A DNA stretch of 64,000 nucleotides. Source: Selenomonas sp. Lineage in GTDB: Bacteria; Bacillota; Negativicutes; Selenomonadales; Selenomonadaceae. Of this stretch, positions 25,421-35,427 are shown piece after piece. The notes beneath the pieces were generated by a model, which ran no database searches, had not been told where the DNA came from, and saw only the letters and a program-made list of their open reading frames with translations. The position numbers and the translations under genes are program-made. The DNA lies in contig JAGPMW010000003.1 in NCBI GenBank assembly GCA_018052705.1, forward strand, positions 31,451 through 95,450. The letters run 5' to 3'. Each line of letters opens with the position of its first letter. Position 1 is the stretch's first letter.

Positions 25421-27085
25421 ATGCAAGGCTTTTTTCATATATGGCGTGTTCTGTTGGTTCTTTTGTGCCTGTTTATTACCACGCATACGGTTTCTGAGGC
25501 GCGGCAGGCGAAGAAAGCCGTGCCGAGTCCTCCGGTTGTTCAACCGGCAGCGCCTGGGGCAATGGGGAAAATCCTCTTTATTCCGCATGATGACAGGCCG
25601 ACCTCCTGTGAACAGACAGCTGCCGTTGTAAGGAAACTGGGCTATGAAGTCGTTATGCCGGATAAAAAACTGCTGGGAGGACTGGGGACAATAGGCGATA
25701 CTGAGGCGCTGTGGAAATGGACCCGTGATAACGTATCTGGCGCCAAAGCGGCGGTAATTGCTACGGATTCACTGCTTTATGGCGGTCTGGTTGCCTCGAG
25801 AAAACATGAGATTCCAGACTGGCAGCTGCAACGGCGTACTGCCCGTTTACGGGAATTGCGGGCTGAGAATCCGAATCTCAAGATATATGCATTTGCGTCA
25901 CTGATGCGGACTCCGCGTACCGGTGAGGCTTCGGGCGGAGAGGACCCGGATTATTTTTTGCAATATGGCAGTCAGCTCTTCCGCTATACTGCCTTGATGG
26001 ATAAGACTGAAACTGTCGGGCTGACAACGGATGAGGAATGGGAACTTAGCCAGTTGGCTGATGCGCTGCCACCAGACATCCTACAAGACTGGTTTGGCCG
26101 GCGGCAGCGTAATCTCGCATCAACCAAAGCGCTGATGGATGAGGTGCGGCAGGGAACACTGGATTATCTGTTGATCGGCAAAGACGACAATGCACCTTTG
26201 TCACAGACGCATAGAGAAGCCCGCTGGCTTATGAAATATGGACAGGACCTGCCTAAATCCAAGTTTCAATTAGTGGCAGGTATTGATGAATTTGCTATGC
26301 TGCTGCTGGCCCGCGCGGTAAATGATGACCAGAAACTGGTGCCGAAGGTTTATGTGCAGTTCAACGTCGGCAAGGGGGGAGCTACCGTGCCCACCTATTC
26401 GGATGAGCGGGCAGCGGATACCATTAATGAAGAATTGTTCATTGCCGGCGCGGTTTCTGTCAGTGAGCCGGCACAGTCGGACTATGTACTGCTGGTCAAT
26501 ACCAATCCTGATGGAACGACCGGTGAAGCCAACCATATAAATCCGGATGAGGGGCGGCTGCTTAATAATGGGGCAGATCGTGCCGGGACGAAGCCGTTCT
26601 TCGAACAGATTCAGACCATGCTGCAGGCCGGGTATCGGGTTGGTGTGGCTGATATTGCCTTTACGAATGGATCGGATAATGCATTGATGCATCAATTGCA
26701 GACGGCCGGTTTGTTATTCCGGCTGCAGACTTACTCCGGCTGGAATACCGCAACGAACAGCATGGGTTTTGCGTTGGGACAGGGAATGCTGGCCACCCGC
26801 CTGCGCCTTGAAGACTGTCAGTCACTATTGCTGACCAGATATCTGGATGATTGGGCCTATCAGGCCAATGTCCGCACAGCGATGGCATACCGGATCAATC
26901 AGATTGCTGATCCGTCCGTTTATCTTTATCTGGGCGATTATGAACCGTCCATTGCCATGGAGACACGACAACGCCTTATGACGTTTGCCCGTCTGCACTT
27001 GCCAGCGGAGGTGGTCCCGTCCTCTTTGCAGGTATCTTTTCCCTGGCATCGCATGTTTATTGCGGACATTCAGGGGAGTAAATAA
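25421..27085 (+). CDS. DUF4127 family protein with N-terminal signal/anchor sequence
   Basis: ORF 25421..27085. It has a hydrophobic N-terminus followed by KILFIPHDDRPTS, which resembles the DUF4127 N-terminal motif (I-x-x-P-x-D-x-RP). The assignment is from memory. Confidence 0.55.
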   Translation: MQGFFHIWRVLLVLLCLFITTHTVSEARQAKKAVPSPPVVQPAAPGAMGKILFIPHDDRPTSCEQTAAVVRKLGYEVVMPDKKLLGGLGTIGDTEALWKWTRDNVSGAKAAVIATDSLLYGGLVASRKHEIPDWQLQRRTARLRELRAENPNLKIYAFASLMRTPRTGEASGGEDPDYFLQYGSQLFRYTALMDKTETVGLTTDEEWELSQLADALPPDILQDWFGRRQRNLASTKALMDEVRQGTLDYLLIGKDDNAPLSQTHREARWLMKYGQDLPKSKFQLVAGIDEFAMLLLARAVNDDQKLVPKVYVQFNVGKGGATVPTYSDERAADTINEELFIAGAVSVSEPAQSDYVLLVNTNPDGTTGEANHINPDEGRLLNNGADRAGTKPFFEQIQTMLQAGYRVGVADIAFTNGSDNALMHQLQTAGLLFRLQTYSGWNTATNSMGFALGQGMLATRLRLEDCQSLLLTRYLDDWAYQANVRTAMAYRINQIADPSVYLYLGDYEPSIAMETRQRLMTFARLHLPAEVVPSSLQVSFPWHRMFIADIQGSK

Positions 27086-27098
27086 CGCCGGAAAAAAC

Positions 27099-27150
27099 AA
27101 GGTCAAAAGGTCAAAAAAGTATTTGACTTTTTGACCTTATTCGGTATAAT
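27099..27150 (+). promoter_or_regulatory. clpB promoter overlapped by a dyad-symmetric fourfold GTCAAA operator (CtsR-like half-sites)
   Basis: aaGGTCAAAaGGTCAAAaaagtatTTTGACtttTTGACCtt has its symmetry centre at 27118/27119. The -35 TTGACT (27123-27128) lies inside the right arm, followed by a 16 nt spacer and the -10 TATAAT (27145-27150). Confidence 0.65.
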
Positions 27151-27227
27151 AAGAATTAGAAACGGAGCCGTTCATGAAGCAAACGTCCGGCAGGCAGCCG
27201 GGCAGAAATGATTACGGAGGAATAAAT

Positions 27228-29801
27228 ATGGGACAGGAAAAATATACAGCCAGGACATTGGCCGCATTGCAGTCTGCACAGCAGCTGGCGGCAATGCGTT
27301 ATCATCAGGAAATTACTTCCGCGCATGTGCTGTTGGCGTTGGCCAAGGAGCCGGAGGGGCTGCTCGCGACAATCTTTGAAGATTGTCAGGCTGACCTGCC
27401 AATGCTCAAAGCGCGTCTGGAACAGGTGCTTAACAAGATTCCGAGTGTGAAGGGGACAGATCGTCTTGGTATGGGCATGGATATGGTCCGTGTGCTGGGA
27501 CGGGCGGAGCAGCTCGCTCAGTCGATGAAGGATGAGTATGTATCGACGGAGCATCTTTTGCTGGCACTAGCTATTGATGGCAGCGATGAGGTGCAGGAAA
27601 TCTGCCGCAAATTTGAGCTGACGAAGAGTCATATCCAGAGCTCCATCAAGAAGAACCGCAAACAAAATGTGACAAGTGAAAATCCGGAGGAAGGCTATAA
27701 GTCATTGGAGAAATTTGGCCGCGATTTGACCGATGCGGCTCGTCATGGCAAACTTGATCCGGTAATCGGGCGTGACGAAGAGATTCGCCGTACCATTGAA
27801 ATCCTCTCGCGCCGTACCAAGAACAATCCGGTACTCATCGGTGAGCCGGGTGTCGGCAAGACGGCCATCGTTGAGGGGCTGGCCCGCCGTATCGTAGCCG
27901 GGGATGTGCCGGAATCATTAAAGAATAAGACACTGTATTCTTTGGATATGGGGTCATTGGTTGCCGGCGCGAAGTTCCGTGGTGAATTTGAGGAGCGGTT
28001 AAAAGCAGTCCTCAATGAAATTGCAAAATCCGACGGCCAGATCCTGCTGTTCATCGATGAAGTGCACACTGTGGTTGGCGCGGGGGCGGCTGAGGGCGCG
28101 ATGGATGCTGGTAATATCCTGAAACCAATGCTGGCCCGTGGCGAATTGCGCTGCATTGGTGCGACCACGCTCAACGAATATCGGAAGTATATTGAGAAAG
28201 ATACAGCGTTGGAACGCCGTTTCCAGCCGGTTATGGTTGGTCAGCCAAGCGTAGAGGATACCATTTCCATCTTGCGCGGGCTGAAGGAACGCTATGAGGT
28301 ACATCATGGAGTCCGCATCCGTGATGCAGCCCTGGTGTCGGCAGCGGTGCTTTCTGATCGCTATATTTCTGATCGCTTCCTGCCGGATAAGGCTATCGAT
28401 CTGGTCGATGAGGCAGCAGCTAAACTGCGCACCGAGATTGAATCTATGCCGGCACCACTCGATGAGATTCGCCGCAAGATCATGCAGCTCGAGATCGAAG
28501 AACAGGCGTTGAAAAAAGAAACAGATGAGGCTTCCCAGGAAAAGCTCAATGGCATTTCTGCTGAGAAGGAGACTCTACAGCAGCAGGAAAATGAACTCAA
28601 GGCCAAATGGGAAGCCGAGAAACAGGCTATTTTGCGTGTCCGGGCCATCAAGAAGGAGATCGATGAGGTCAACAGTCAGATGGAAGAAGCGGAGCGTGCC
28701 TATGATCTGAACCGCATGTCCGAACTGAAATACGGCAAACTGCCGGAACTGCAGAAAAAACTGGCAGAGGAAGAAGCGGTGATTGCCACGAAATCCAAGG
28801 ATGAGCAGCTGCTCAAAGAAGAAGTAGGCGAGGAAGACATCGCCAGGGTAGTGAGCCGCTGGACAGGTATTCCGGTCACCAAGATGCTGACAGGGGAACG
28901 CGAGAAGCTGATTCATCTGGAGGATGTACTGCATGAGCGGGTAGTCGGTCAGGAGGAAGCAGTAAAGGCAGTCAGCGAAGCCATCCTGCGTGCCCGCGCG
29001 GGGATCAAGGACCCGAACCGCCCTATTGGTTCATTCATTTTCCTTGGCCCGACGGGCGTTGGCAAGACAGAACTGGCCAAGACGCTTGCTGAGTCATTGT
29101 TCGATGATGAGCGCAGCATGATCCGTATCGATATGAGTGAATACATGGAGAAGCACAGCGTATCCCGTCTGATCGGTGCGCCTCCGGGATATGTCGGTTA
29201 CGATGAGGGCGGGCAGCTGACAGAGGCAGTTCGCCGCCATCCGTACAGTGTCATTCTGCTGGATGAGATCGAGAAAGCCCATCGGGATGTGTTCAATGTC
29301 CTGCTGCAGATTCTTGATGATGGCCGACTGACCGATGGCAAAGGCCGGGTGGTGAACTTTAAGAACACGGTCATCATCATGACCAGTAATCTCGGTTCCC
29401 ACGAGATCCTTAACAAAAATTACGAGGAGGCCAGGGGCGCGGTCAAGGATATCCTGAAGGATTATTTCCGGCCGGAGTTCCTCAACCGTGTCGACGATAT
29501 TATCGTGTTCAAGGCTCTGGCGAAAGAGCAGGTCAAAAAGATCGCAGCGATTCTGCTCGGGGCATTGGGGGCACGGCTGGAGCGTCAGGTCAAGATTACG
29601 CTTGGCTGGAATGATGCATCCCTTACGGCGCTGGCAGATCAGGGCTTTGACCCGAATTTTGGGGCCAGACCATTGCGTCGTCTGCTGATTCATACCGTGG
29701 AGACCGCCCTTTCCAAGGAAATTATCAAAGGCGAAATCCGCGAAGGAGATACGGTCAATATTGGTTTTGAAGCTGGCCAGTTTACATTCCAAAAAGTATA
29801 A
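27228..29801 (+). CDS. clpB: ATP-dependent chaperone/disaggregase ClpB
   Basis: ORF 27174..29801, start ATG 27228 after GGAGG. It has two AAA+ modules ([18 protein letters not shown]) and a long middle coiled-coil. ClpB blocks include [22 protein letters not shown]. Confidence 0.92.
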   Translation: MGQEKYTARTLAALQSAQQLAAMRYHQEITSAHVLLALAKEPEGLLATIFEDCQADLPMLKARLEQVLNKIPSVKGTDRLGMGMDMVRVLGRAEQLAQSMKDEYVSTEHLLLALAIDGSDEVQEICRKFELTKSHIQSSIKKNRKQNVTSENPEEGYKSLEKFGRDLTDAARHGKLDPVIGRDEEIRRTIEILSRRTKNNPVLIGEPGVGKTAIVEGLARRIVAGDVPESLKNKTLYSLDMGSLVAGAKFRGEFEERLKAVLNEIAKSDGQILLFIDEVHTVVGAGAAEGAMDAGNILKPMLARGELRCIGATTLNEYRKYIEKDTALERRFQPVMVGQPSVEDTISILRGLKERYEVHHGVRIRDAALVSAAVLSDRYISDRFLPDKAIDLVDEAAAKLRTEIESMPAPLDEIRRKIMQLEIEEQALKKETDEASQEKLNGISAEKETLQQQENELKAKWEAEKQAILRVRAIKKEIDEVNSQMEEAERAYDLNRMSELKYGKLPELQKKLAEEEAVIATKSKDEQLLKEEVGEEDIARVVSRWTGIPVTKMLTGEREKLIHLEDVLHERVVGQEEAVKAVSEAILRARAGIKDPNRPIGSFIFLGPTGVGKTELAKTLAESLFDDERSMIRIDMSEYMEKHSVSRLIGAPPGYVGYDEGGQLTEAVRRHPYSVILLDEIEKAHRDVFNVLLQILDDGRLTDGKGRVVNFKNTVIIMTSNLGSHEILNKNYEEARGAVKDILKDYFRPEFLNRVDDIIVFKALAKEQVKKIAAILLGALGARLERQVKITLGWNDASLTALADQGFDPNFGARPLRRLLIHTVETALSKEIIKGEIREGDTVNIGFEAGQFTFQKV

Positions 29802-29812
29802 ATAGTACTTGC

Positions 29813-29845
29813 AGTCCCGGTTTTATGTAAGCCGGGACTTTTTAT
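29813..29845 (+). terminator. Intrinsic terminator after clpB
   Basis: Stem agtcccgg / ccgggact followed by tttttatt. Confidence 0.75.
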
Positions 29846-29945
29846 TGCCGGCAGCGATCCGTGGCTGCAATCGGCTGGTGGCGGTTTGTTTTGACTATGC
29901 CATGGGTGTATAATGAACCGATAAAATGTGAAGAAGTGATGGAGT

Positions 29946-31199
29946 ATGTCAAAAAAAAGAGCGGAAACGTTACTGGAACTGCGTGAACCTGACTATATGG
30001 ATGCGTTTGTCTGTACCGGCGGACTTTGTCCGGATACCTGCTGTCAGGGCTGGGAAATCGTCATTGATGAAGCAACGTGCGACCGCTATGCCAGGACAGC
30101 GGATGATGAAGTGCGAGAGCTGCTGGGACGCGCGATCGTCCATCGGCAGGAAGAACAGGCCGATGGGACAATGGATGATGTGGCGTGTATCCGTATGGGC
30201 AAGGGGCAGCGGTGCCTTTTCCTGCGCAATGACGGGTTGTGCATGATCCAGCGCAAGACCGAGGAAGGCAACCTGTCTGAGACGTGCCGGACTTATCCCC
30301 GGGTTATTTATTGCTGGAATGATCATTATGCGGAGCGGGCACTTTGTGTGTCCTGTCCTGAGGCTGCCAAGTTGATTCTGGGTCAGGATAAGCCGTTGCA
30401 TTTCCATACCCGTGAATTGGCAGAAGAGGAATTGTCCGGCTTGCGCATTACTGATGCAGGCGAACATCTCCGGATGGATTGTCTGCCGCTGCGGCGTTTT
30501 ATCGTACATATCCTGCAGGCCCACGGGCAGCCGCTGGCCGACCGGCTGCGATTGGCTGATGATTATTTCTGGGAGGCGGCACTAATTGGCGGGCATCATG
30601 CGGGCCGGCAGCAGTCGCGTCTGCAGGCGGCATATGCTATACAGCTGCGGCCGGAGCACGATCCAATTACTGGCGAACGGCCGGATTCAAGATGGCGGCT
30701 CGAGCAGCTCCAATGTCTGTTGCAGCTGCGGCTCCGAAATCCAGAACTGCGGCTGGATTTTCGGCAGCGGATTGAGTCTGCGCTGGCTTATTGGCACCTT
30801 GAGGATCAGGCGGCCGTTACCGCCGCGAGTCTGGCCCGCTATGAGGAAGATGAAGAAATCTATCGGGCCTTTTTTCTGCCTGTTTATGAGTTGCTGCTTG
30901 AAAATTATCTGGTTAATGCCGTGTTCAAAAACCTGTTCATTACCGAGGAGCAGCCGGACTACTACCGGGAATGGCTGCGGCTGGTCTTGCAATTTTCGCT
31001 GGTCCGTTTTCTACTGATAGCCCAGCTGGCGGACTATCAGCAGGTACCTGAGCGTCAGGCTGTGATCGATTTGATTCAGCAGACTACGCGTGCGGTCGGG
31101 CATGACAGTCTATATCTTGATCAGGCCGCTGCCGGTCTCGCCGCCGGGCAGGATAAGGCCACGGCATTTAGAACTTTTTGCCTGAAAATGTTGGCCTAG
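29946..31199 (+). CDS. Flagellin lysine-N-methylase (FliB)-like Cys-rich protein
   Basis: ORF 29946..31199. The N-terminal pattern FVCTGGLCPDTCCQGWEIVIDEATCDRY matches the FliB/YkgJ-type cysteine cluster (F-x-C-x-G-x-x-C-x-D-x-CC-x-GW-x-I). Confidence 0.65.
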   Translation: MSKKRAETLLELREPDYMDAFVCTGGLCPDTCCQGWEIVIDEATCDRYARTADDEVRELLGRAIVHRQEEQADGTMDDVACIRMGKGQRCLFLRNDGLCMIQRKTEEGNLSETCRTYPRVIYCWNDHYAERALCVSCPEAAKLILGQDKPLHFHTRELAEEELSGLRITDAGEHLRMDCLPLRRFIVHILQAHGQPLADRLRLADDYFWEAALIGGHHAGRQQSRLQAAYAIQLRPEHDPITGERPDSRWRLEQLQCLLQLRLRNPELRLDFRQRIESALAYWHLEDQAAVTAASLARYEEDEEIYRAFFLPVYELLLENYLVNAVFKNLFITEEQPDYYREWLRLVLQFSLVRFLLIAQLADYQQVPERQAVIDLIQQTTRAVGHDSLYLDQAAAGLAAGQDKATAFRTFCLKMLA

Positions 31200-31209
31200 A
31201 TTGGGTATA

Positions 31210-31238
31210 TTGACTTCTATAACGAAATGGGTTACAAT
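31210..31238 (+). promoter_or_regulatory. Sigma-A promoter of the glmS leader
   Basis: TTGACT (31210-31215), 17 nt spacer, TACAAT (31233-31238). Confidence 0.65.
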
Positions 31239-31324
31239 ATGCGAGTGCTGTGGAATACGGCGCATTTTGAAGAAATCCAGAGAAAATATCCTGTTGTTCT
31301 GGTGTATTGAAAAGGATAGGGAAA

Positions 31325-31505
31325 CCTATTTTTAGCGCAAGTTCTCGTGAGACGCGTTCATTGAACGGTTCATGAGAAGACGAGGAGAAGGTTGTCGAAT
31401 AGTCAGCGGATGCCTTCCGGCCGGTCCGGTCGATAGAAAACGGTTAAATCCCAGGCGTGAGCGTGGGGAAAGAGCGGTTGCAGGACACAACAGGGCACAA
31501 CTTCA
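31325..31505 (+). ncRNA. glmS ribozyme (GlcN6P-dependent self-cleaving riboswitch)
   Basis: It carries the cleavage-site context A-GCGC at 31334-31338. Conserved core blocks are AAGACGAGGA, GGUUGUCGAAU and GCGGAUGCCUUCCGGC. It lies directly upstream of glmS. Confidence 0.9.
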
Positions 31506-31519
31506 TAGGAGGTACTATT

Positions 31520-33349
31520 ATGTGTGGTATCGTAGGTTATGTCGGTGACAAACAGGCAGCGGAGTTCCTGCTGGAAGGTCTTTCCAAGCTGGAGTATCGT
31601 GGCTATGACTCGGCAGGTATTGCTGTCTATAATGATGGTAGTATCCGGGTAGAGAAAAGTGTAGGCCGTCTGGCTTCACTGCGCGATAAGATCAAGGACG
31701 ACGTTCCGCAGGGGACGATGGGCATTGGTCATACCCGCTGGGCTACGCATGGCCGTCCGTCTGATGCCAACTCGCATCCGCATACGGACTGCTCCGGTGA
31801 TTTCGTCGTTGTCCATAACGGCATCATCGAGAACTACCTGACGCTCAAAGAGGATCTCATTGAGAAAGGGCATGCTTTTAAGTCCGAGACGGATACAGAG
31901 GTCGTAGCTCATCTGCTCGAAGAGATCTACAATGGAGACTTTGTGTCTTCGGTCCGCGAGGTACTGCGCCGTATCGACGGTGCATATTCCCTCGTATTCA
32001 TGAGCAGCAAACATCCGGGAATGCTGATTGCCGCCAAGCAGGATAACCCGCTGGTCATTGGTATTGGCGAGGGTGAGAACTTCATTGCTTCGGATATCCC
32101 GGCGATCATCCAGCGTACCCGCCGCACCTACATCCTCAACGATGGGGAGCTGGCTGTACTCACGAAGGATTCCATCAAGATTACCAACCGTCAGGGTGAG
32201 CCCGTGACGAAGAAGGTATTCGAAGTCAACTGGAATGCTGAAGCGGCTGAAAAGGGCGGCTATGAGCATTTCATGCTCAAGGAAATCCATGAGCAGCCGA
32301 AGGCTGTCCGTGACACGATGAGCCAGCGCATTGCCAAAGATGGCAAGTCCATTGTTATGGATGAGCTGAAATGGGATGCGGATTATCTCAATTCCTTCAA
32401 CAAGATCTATATTGTTGCCTGCGGCACAGCTTATCATGCCGGTCTGGTGGGCAAGTTCTATATCGAGAAGCTGGCGCGTACGGTGGTCGAGGTCGATGTG
32501 GCTTCCGAGTTCCGTTATCGTGAGCCGATTGTCGACGAGAATACGCTGTTCATTGCGGTTTCGCAGTCTGGTGAGACGAGTGATACGCTGGCAGCGATGA
32601 AAGAGTCCAAGCGCCTTGGTGCGAAGACGCTGGCGCTGACCAATGTGGTCGGTTCGTCCATTGCCCGCGAAGCCGATCAGGTACTCTATACCTGGGCTGG
32701 CCCGGAGATTGCTGTTGCCTCGACGAAAGCCTATACGACGCAGATTGTATTGTTCTTCATGCTTGCGCTTTATATGGCCGAGATCAAAGGAACGCAGAAG
32801 CCGGAACGGGTGGCAGAGCTTATCGCTATGCTCAAGGATATCCCAAATGGCATTGGCAATACGTTGTCGGATGTTGAACCAATCAAGACTTTTGCGAAGC
32901 AGTATGGCTTCAATGAGGATGTGTTCTACATTGGCCGCTCGCTGGATTATGATGTCGCACTCGAAGGCTCGCTGAAGCTCAAGGAGATTTCCTACATTCA
33001 TGCTGAGGCTTATGCGGCTGGTGAACTTAAGCATGGTACGCTGGCCCTGATCGTTGAGGGTGTGCCGGTTATCGCACTGGCTACGCAGAAGAGTGTCTAT
33101 GAGAAGACGCTCTCCAACATCAAAGAGGTTAAGGCTCGTGATGCCGTTGTTATCGGTATTGCTTCCGAGGGCGATGAGGAACTGGAGAAGTATGTGGATC
33201 ATGTTATCAGGATTCCGGAAACGGATGAGCTCCTGATTCCTATCCTGGCGGTAGTTCCATTGCAGCTCCTCGCTTACTATGCCGCAATCACGCGTGGCTG
33301 CGATGTAGATAAACCACGCAACCTGGCAAAATCTGTTACGGTTGAGTAA
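31520..33349 (+). CDS. glmS: Glutamine--fructose-6-phosphate aminotransferase (isomerizing) GlmS
   Basis: ORF 31457..33349. The true start is ATG 31520 (MCGIVGYVG, with the catalytic Cys at residue 2), preceded by AGGAGG. The C-terminus is the canonical KSVTVE. Confidence 0.95.
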   Translation: MCGIVGYVGDKQAAEFLLEGLSKLEYRGYDSAGIAVYNDGSIRVEKSVGRLASLRDKIKDDVPQGTMGIGHTRWATHGRPSDANSHPHTDCSGDFVVVHNGIIENYLTLKEDLIEKGHAFKSETDTEVVAHLLEEIYNGDFVSSVREVLRRIDGAYSLVFMSSKHPGMLIAAKQDNPLVIGIGEGENFIASDIPAIIQRTRRTYILNDGELAVLTKDSIKITNRQGEPVTKKVFEVNWNAEAAEKGGYEHFMLKEIHEQPKAVRDTMSQRIAKDGKSIVMDELKWDADYLNSFNKIYIVACGTAYHAGLVGKFYIEKLARTVVEVDVASEFRYREPIVDENTLFIAVSQSGETSDTLAAMKESKRLGAKTLALTNVVGSSIAREADQVLYTWAGPEIAVASTKAYTTQIVLFFMLALYMAEIKGTQKPERVAELIAMLKDIPNGIGNTLSDVEPIKTFAKQYGFNEDVFYIGRSLDYDVALEGSLKLKEISYIHAEAYAAGELKHGTLALIVEGVPVIALATQKSVYEKTLSNIKEVKARDAVVIGIASEGDEELEKYVDHVIRIPETDELLIPILAVVPLQLLAYYAAITRGCDVDKPRNLAKSVTVE

Positions 33350-33373
33350 AAAAGTTAAAAAGTAACGACCAAT

Positions 33374-33407
33374 AGTCGCAGTGAAGTATTTCGCTGCGGC
33401 TATTTTT
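33374..33407 (+). terminator. Intrinsic terminator after glmS
   Basis: Stem agtcgcag / ctgcggct followed by attttt. Confidence 0.65.
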
Positions 33408-33409
33408 GT

Positions 33410-33794
33410 GGAGCACTACGGCCTGCTGATCGTAACGAACCGGGATTGGCAGAAATAAGACCGCCGCGAGGACAGTGCCTAGCCAACGTTCCACCTGGGT
33501 AACCTGCTAAAGAATTTTTTTGCCGTTCAATTAAGCATTCCAAAAGGAGCTAAACGCACTTCGTTTGAACGGACGCTCTTTTGAAACAATCGGTAGCAGG
33601 CAAAAAAATTCTTCTTAACGCAGAACACCAAGGCTCCACTTATGGCTATGCGCTGCCCACGCGGCTGGGCTCGATGTATAAAGGCTTGTTGTGTCTTAAA
33701 GCTACATCCCGAGTTCATTAATGGATGTCAAAATTGAGCTCATCTGCTCGAATCAAATCCAGACCTGCCAGCAGAAAAGGATTTTAGCAGCAGC
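33410..33794 (+). repeat. Copy 2 of the unclassified conserved intergenic element (hairpin 33458-33671 plus a conserved tail)
   Basis: It aligns with 24888-25248 in the same orientation. The stem sequences differ from copy 1 by paired (compensatory) substitutions. It has a 33-nt insertion in the first small hairpin loop. Confidence 0.8.
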
Positions 33795-33914
33795 CGGAAC
33801 GATTGACGGTGGGCGAGGGGAAACTTTATGGTCGCGGAGATTCAGGAAAAGAGGTATAATAAAGCAGATTGGATTTTAATGATGATTGGATAAGGAAAAA
33901 GGTGAATATATTCT

Positions 33915-34949
33915 TTGCAGCAGGCATTAGAAAAGCAGATTATCTTTAAAGATCATAAAGAAGCCTATTCTCTTTTGGGGGAACGGGATCAATTCCTGCA
34001 GGTGCTTCGGGATAGTTTTGACTGCCAGTTCGTCAGTCGTGGCGATCAGGTAGAAATCCTGGGCGAGAGTTCGCAGGTGGGACCGGCAGCGAAGGTCATG
34101 GAGGAACTCCAGTACCTTTATCGTCAGGGCACGACGATCACCATGCATGAAGTCCGCTATGGAATCGGACTTGTCAAAGGCGGCAAGGGCGAGGCCCTGC
34201 ACACGTTGTTTGGCGATACGATTCTCGTGACTTCGCGTGGACGGCATGTGCGGCCAAAGACATTGGGACAGCGGCTTTATCTCGATACCATCCGGCACAA
34301 TTCCATCACGTTTGGTATTGGGCCGGCCGGGACAGGCAAGACGTATCTGGCCGTGGTTATGGCTGTGGCGGCTTTCCGCAATAAAGAGGTCAATAAGATT
34401 ATCCTGACGCGGCCGGCAGTGGAGGCTGGTGAGCGGCTGGGATTCCTGCCGGGCGACTTGCAGGACAAGGTTGATCCATATCTGCGGCCGCTTTATGATG
34501 CCTTGCAGGACATTCTTGGGCAGGACACCTATCAGAAGCTCATGGCCAAGGGCATCATTGAGATTGCCCCGCTGGCTTATATGCGCGGGCGGACGCTCGA
34601 AGATGCATTCATCATTCTGGATGAGGCTCAGAACACGACGGATAAGCAGATGAAGATGTTCCTGACCCGTCTGGGATTCGGCTCCCGCATGGTCGTTACG
34701 GGCGATCTGGGACAGATCGATCTGCCGCGCGGCGTAACCTCTGGTTTGCGTGAGGCCTCTCAGATCCTTGCTGGCGTCAAGGGGATCGGCGTTGTCCGCA
34801 TGGCACCGATGGATGTCATCCGGCATGAGGTGGTCACGCGCATCGTGGAGGCCTATGGTGACTGGGAAGCCAAAAAGAAGAAGGCAAAGGCCGAGGCAGA
34901 TGCCGCCAGAACGGTACGTCCAGGCCGGAATCAGGAGCAGAAAGGGTAG
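33915..34949 (+). CDS. phoH: PhoH family ATPase
   Basis: ORF 33915..34949 (TTG start). Walker [13 protein letters not shown], and PhoH blocks [18 protein letters not shown] and DEAQNTT. Confidence 0.9.
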   Translation: MQQALEKQIIFKDHKEAYSLLGERDQFLQVLRDSFDCQFVSRGDQVEILGESSQVGPAAKVMEELQYLYRQGTTITMHEVRYGIGLVKGGKGEALHTLFGDTILVTSRGRHVRPKTLGQRLYLDTIRHNSITFGIGPAGTGKTYLAVVMAVAAFRNKEVNKIILTRPAVEAGERLGFLPGDLQDKVDPYLRPLYDALQDILGQDTYQKLMAKGIIEIAPLAYMRGRTLEDAFIILDEAQNTTDKQMKMFLTRLGFGSRMVVTGDLGQIDLPRGVTSGLREASQILAGVKGIGVVRMAPMDVIRHEVVTRIVEAYGDWEAKKKKAKAEADAARTVRPGRNQEQKG

Positions 34950-34950
34950 T

Positions 34951-35415
34951 ATGGAAGTAATCATCAGCAATTATCCTGAGGAGTTATCGTTTCCGCAGGA
35001 AATTATCGATAATGTCACTAAGGCAGCCGAGATGGTGGGGGAGCTCTATGGCGTCGAGAATGGCGAGGTCAGCGTGACGCTGACGGACAATGCCTATATC
35101 CACACCCTCAACCGCCAGTATCGCGGCATTGACCGGCCCACCGATGTGCTGTCGTTTGCACTTAACGAGAGTGAGGAACCGGAGATTGATGGCGGGCTGG
35201 ACGTCAACGTACTCGGGGATCTCATTATCTCCGTGGAACGGGCTGAAGAACAGGCTGCTGACTATGGGCACAGTGTGCGCCGGGAGATGGCGTTCCTGAC
35301 GGTCCATGGCATGCTGCATCTGCTGGGGTATGATCATATGGAAGACGAAGAACGGGCAGAGATGGAAGCGGAACAGCGCTTCGTGATGGATAAGCTGGGT
35401 ATCCCCAGAGAATGA
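34951..35415 (+). CDS. ybeY: rRNA maturation endoribonuclease YbeY
   Basis: The in-frame ATG 34951 (MEVIISNY) lies within ORF 34750..35415. The zinc motif [11 protein letters not shown] and the TDVLSF block are present. Confidence 0.9.
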   Translation: MEVIISNYPEELSFPQEIIDNVTKAAEMVGELYGVENGEVSVTLTDNAYIHTLNRQYRGIDRPTDVLSFALNESEEPEIDGGLDVNVLGDLIISVERAEEQAADYGHSVRREMAFLTVHGMLHLLGYDHMEDEERAEMEAEQRFVMDKLGIPRE

Positions 35416-35427
35416 GGAGACAGACAG

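Noticed and set aside
27101-27115. Calling the clpB operator a canonical CtsR box
   Set aside because: The GTCAAA hexamers are in an 8-bp register, not the 10-bp register of RGTCAAA-NAN-RGTCAAA. I report it as CtsR-like and unresolved rather than as a confirmed CtsR site.
31676-33202. 508-aa minus-strand ORF opposite glmS
   Set aside because: It is an antisense shadow of a highly conserved gene. It has no motifs and a biased composition.
33527-33718. 63-aa minus-strand ORF inside repeat copy 2
   Set aside because: There is no equivalent ORF in copy 1. It has no RBS and lies within the hairpin.
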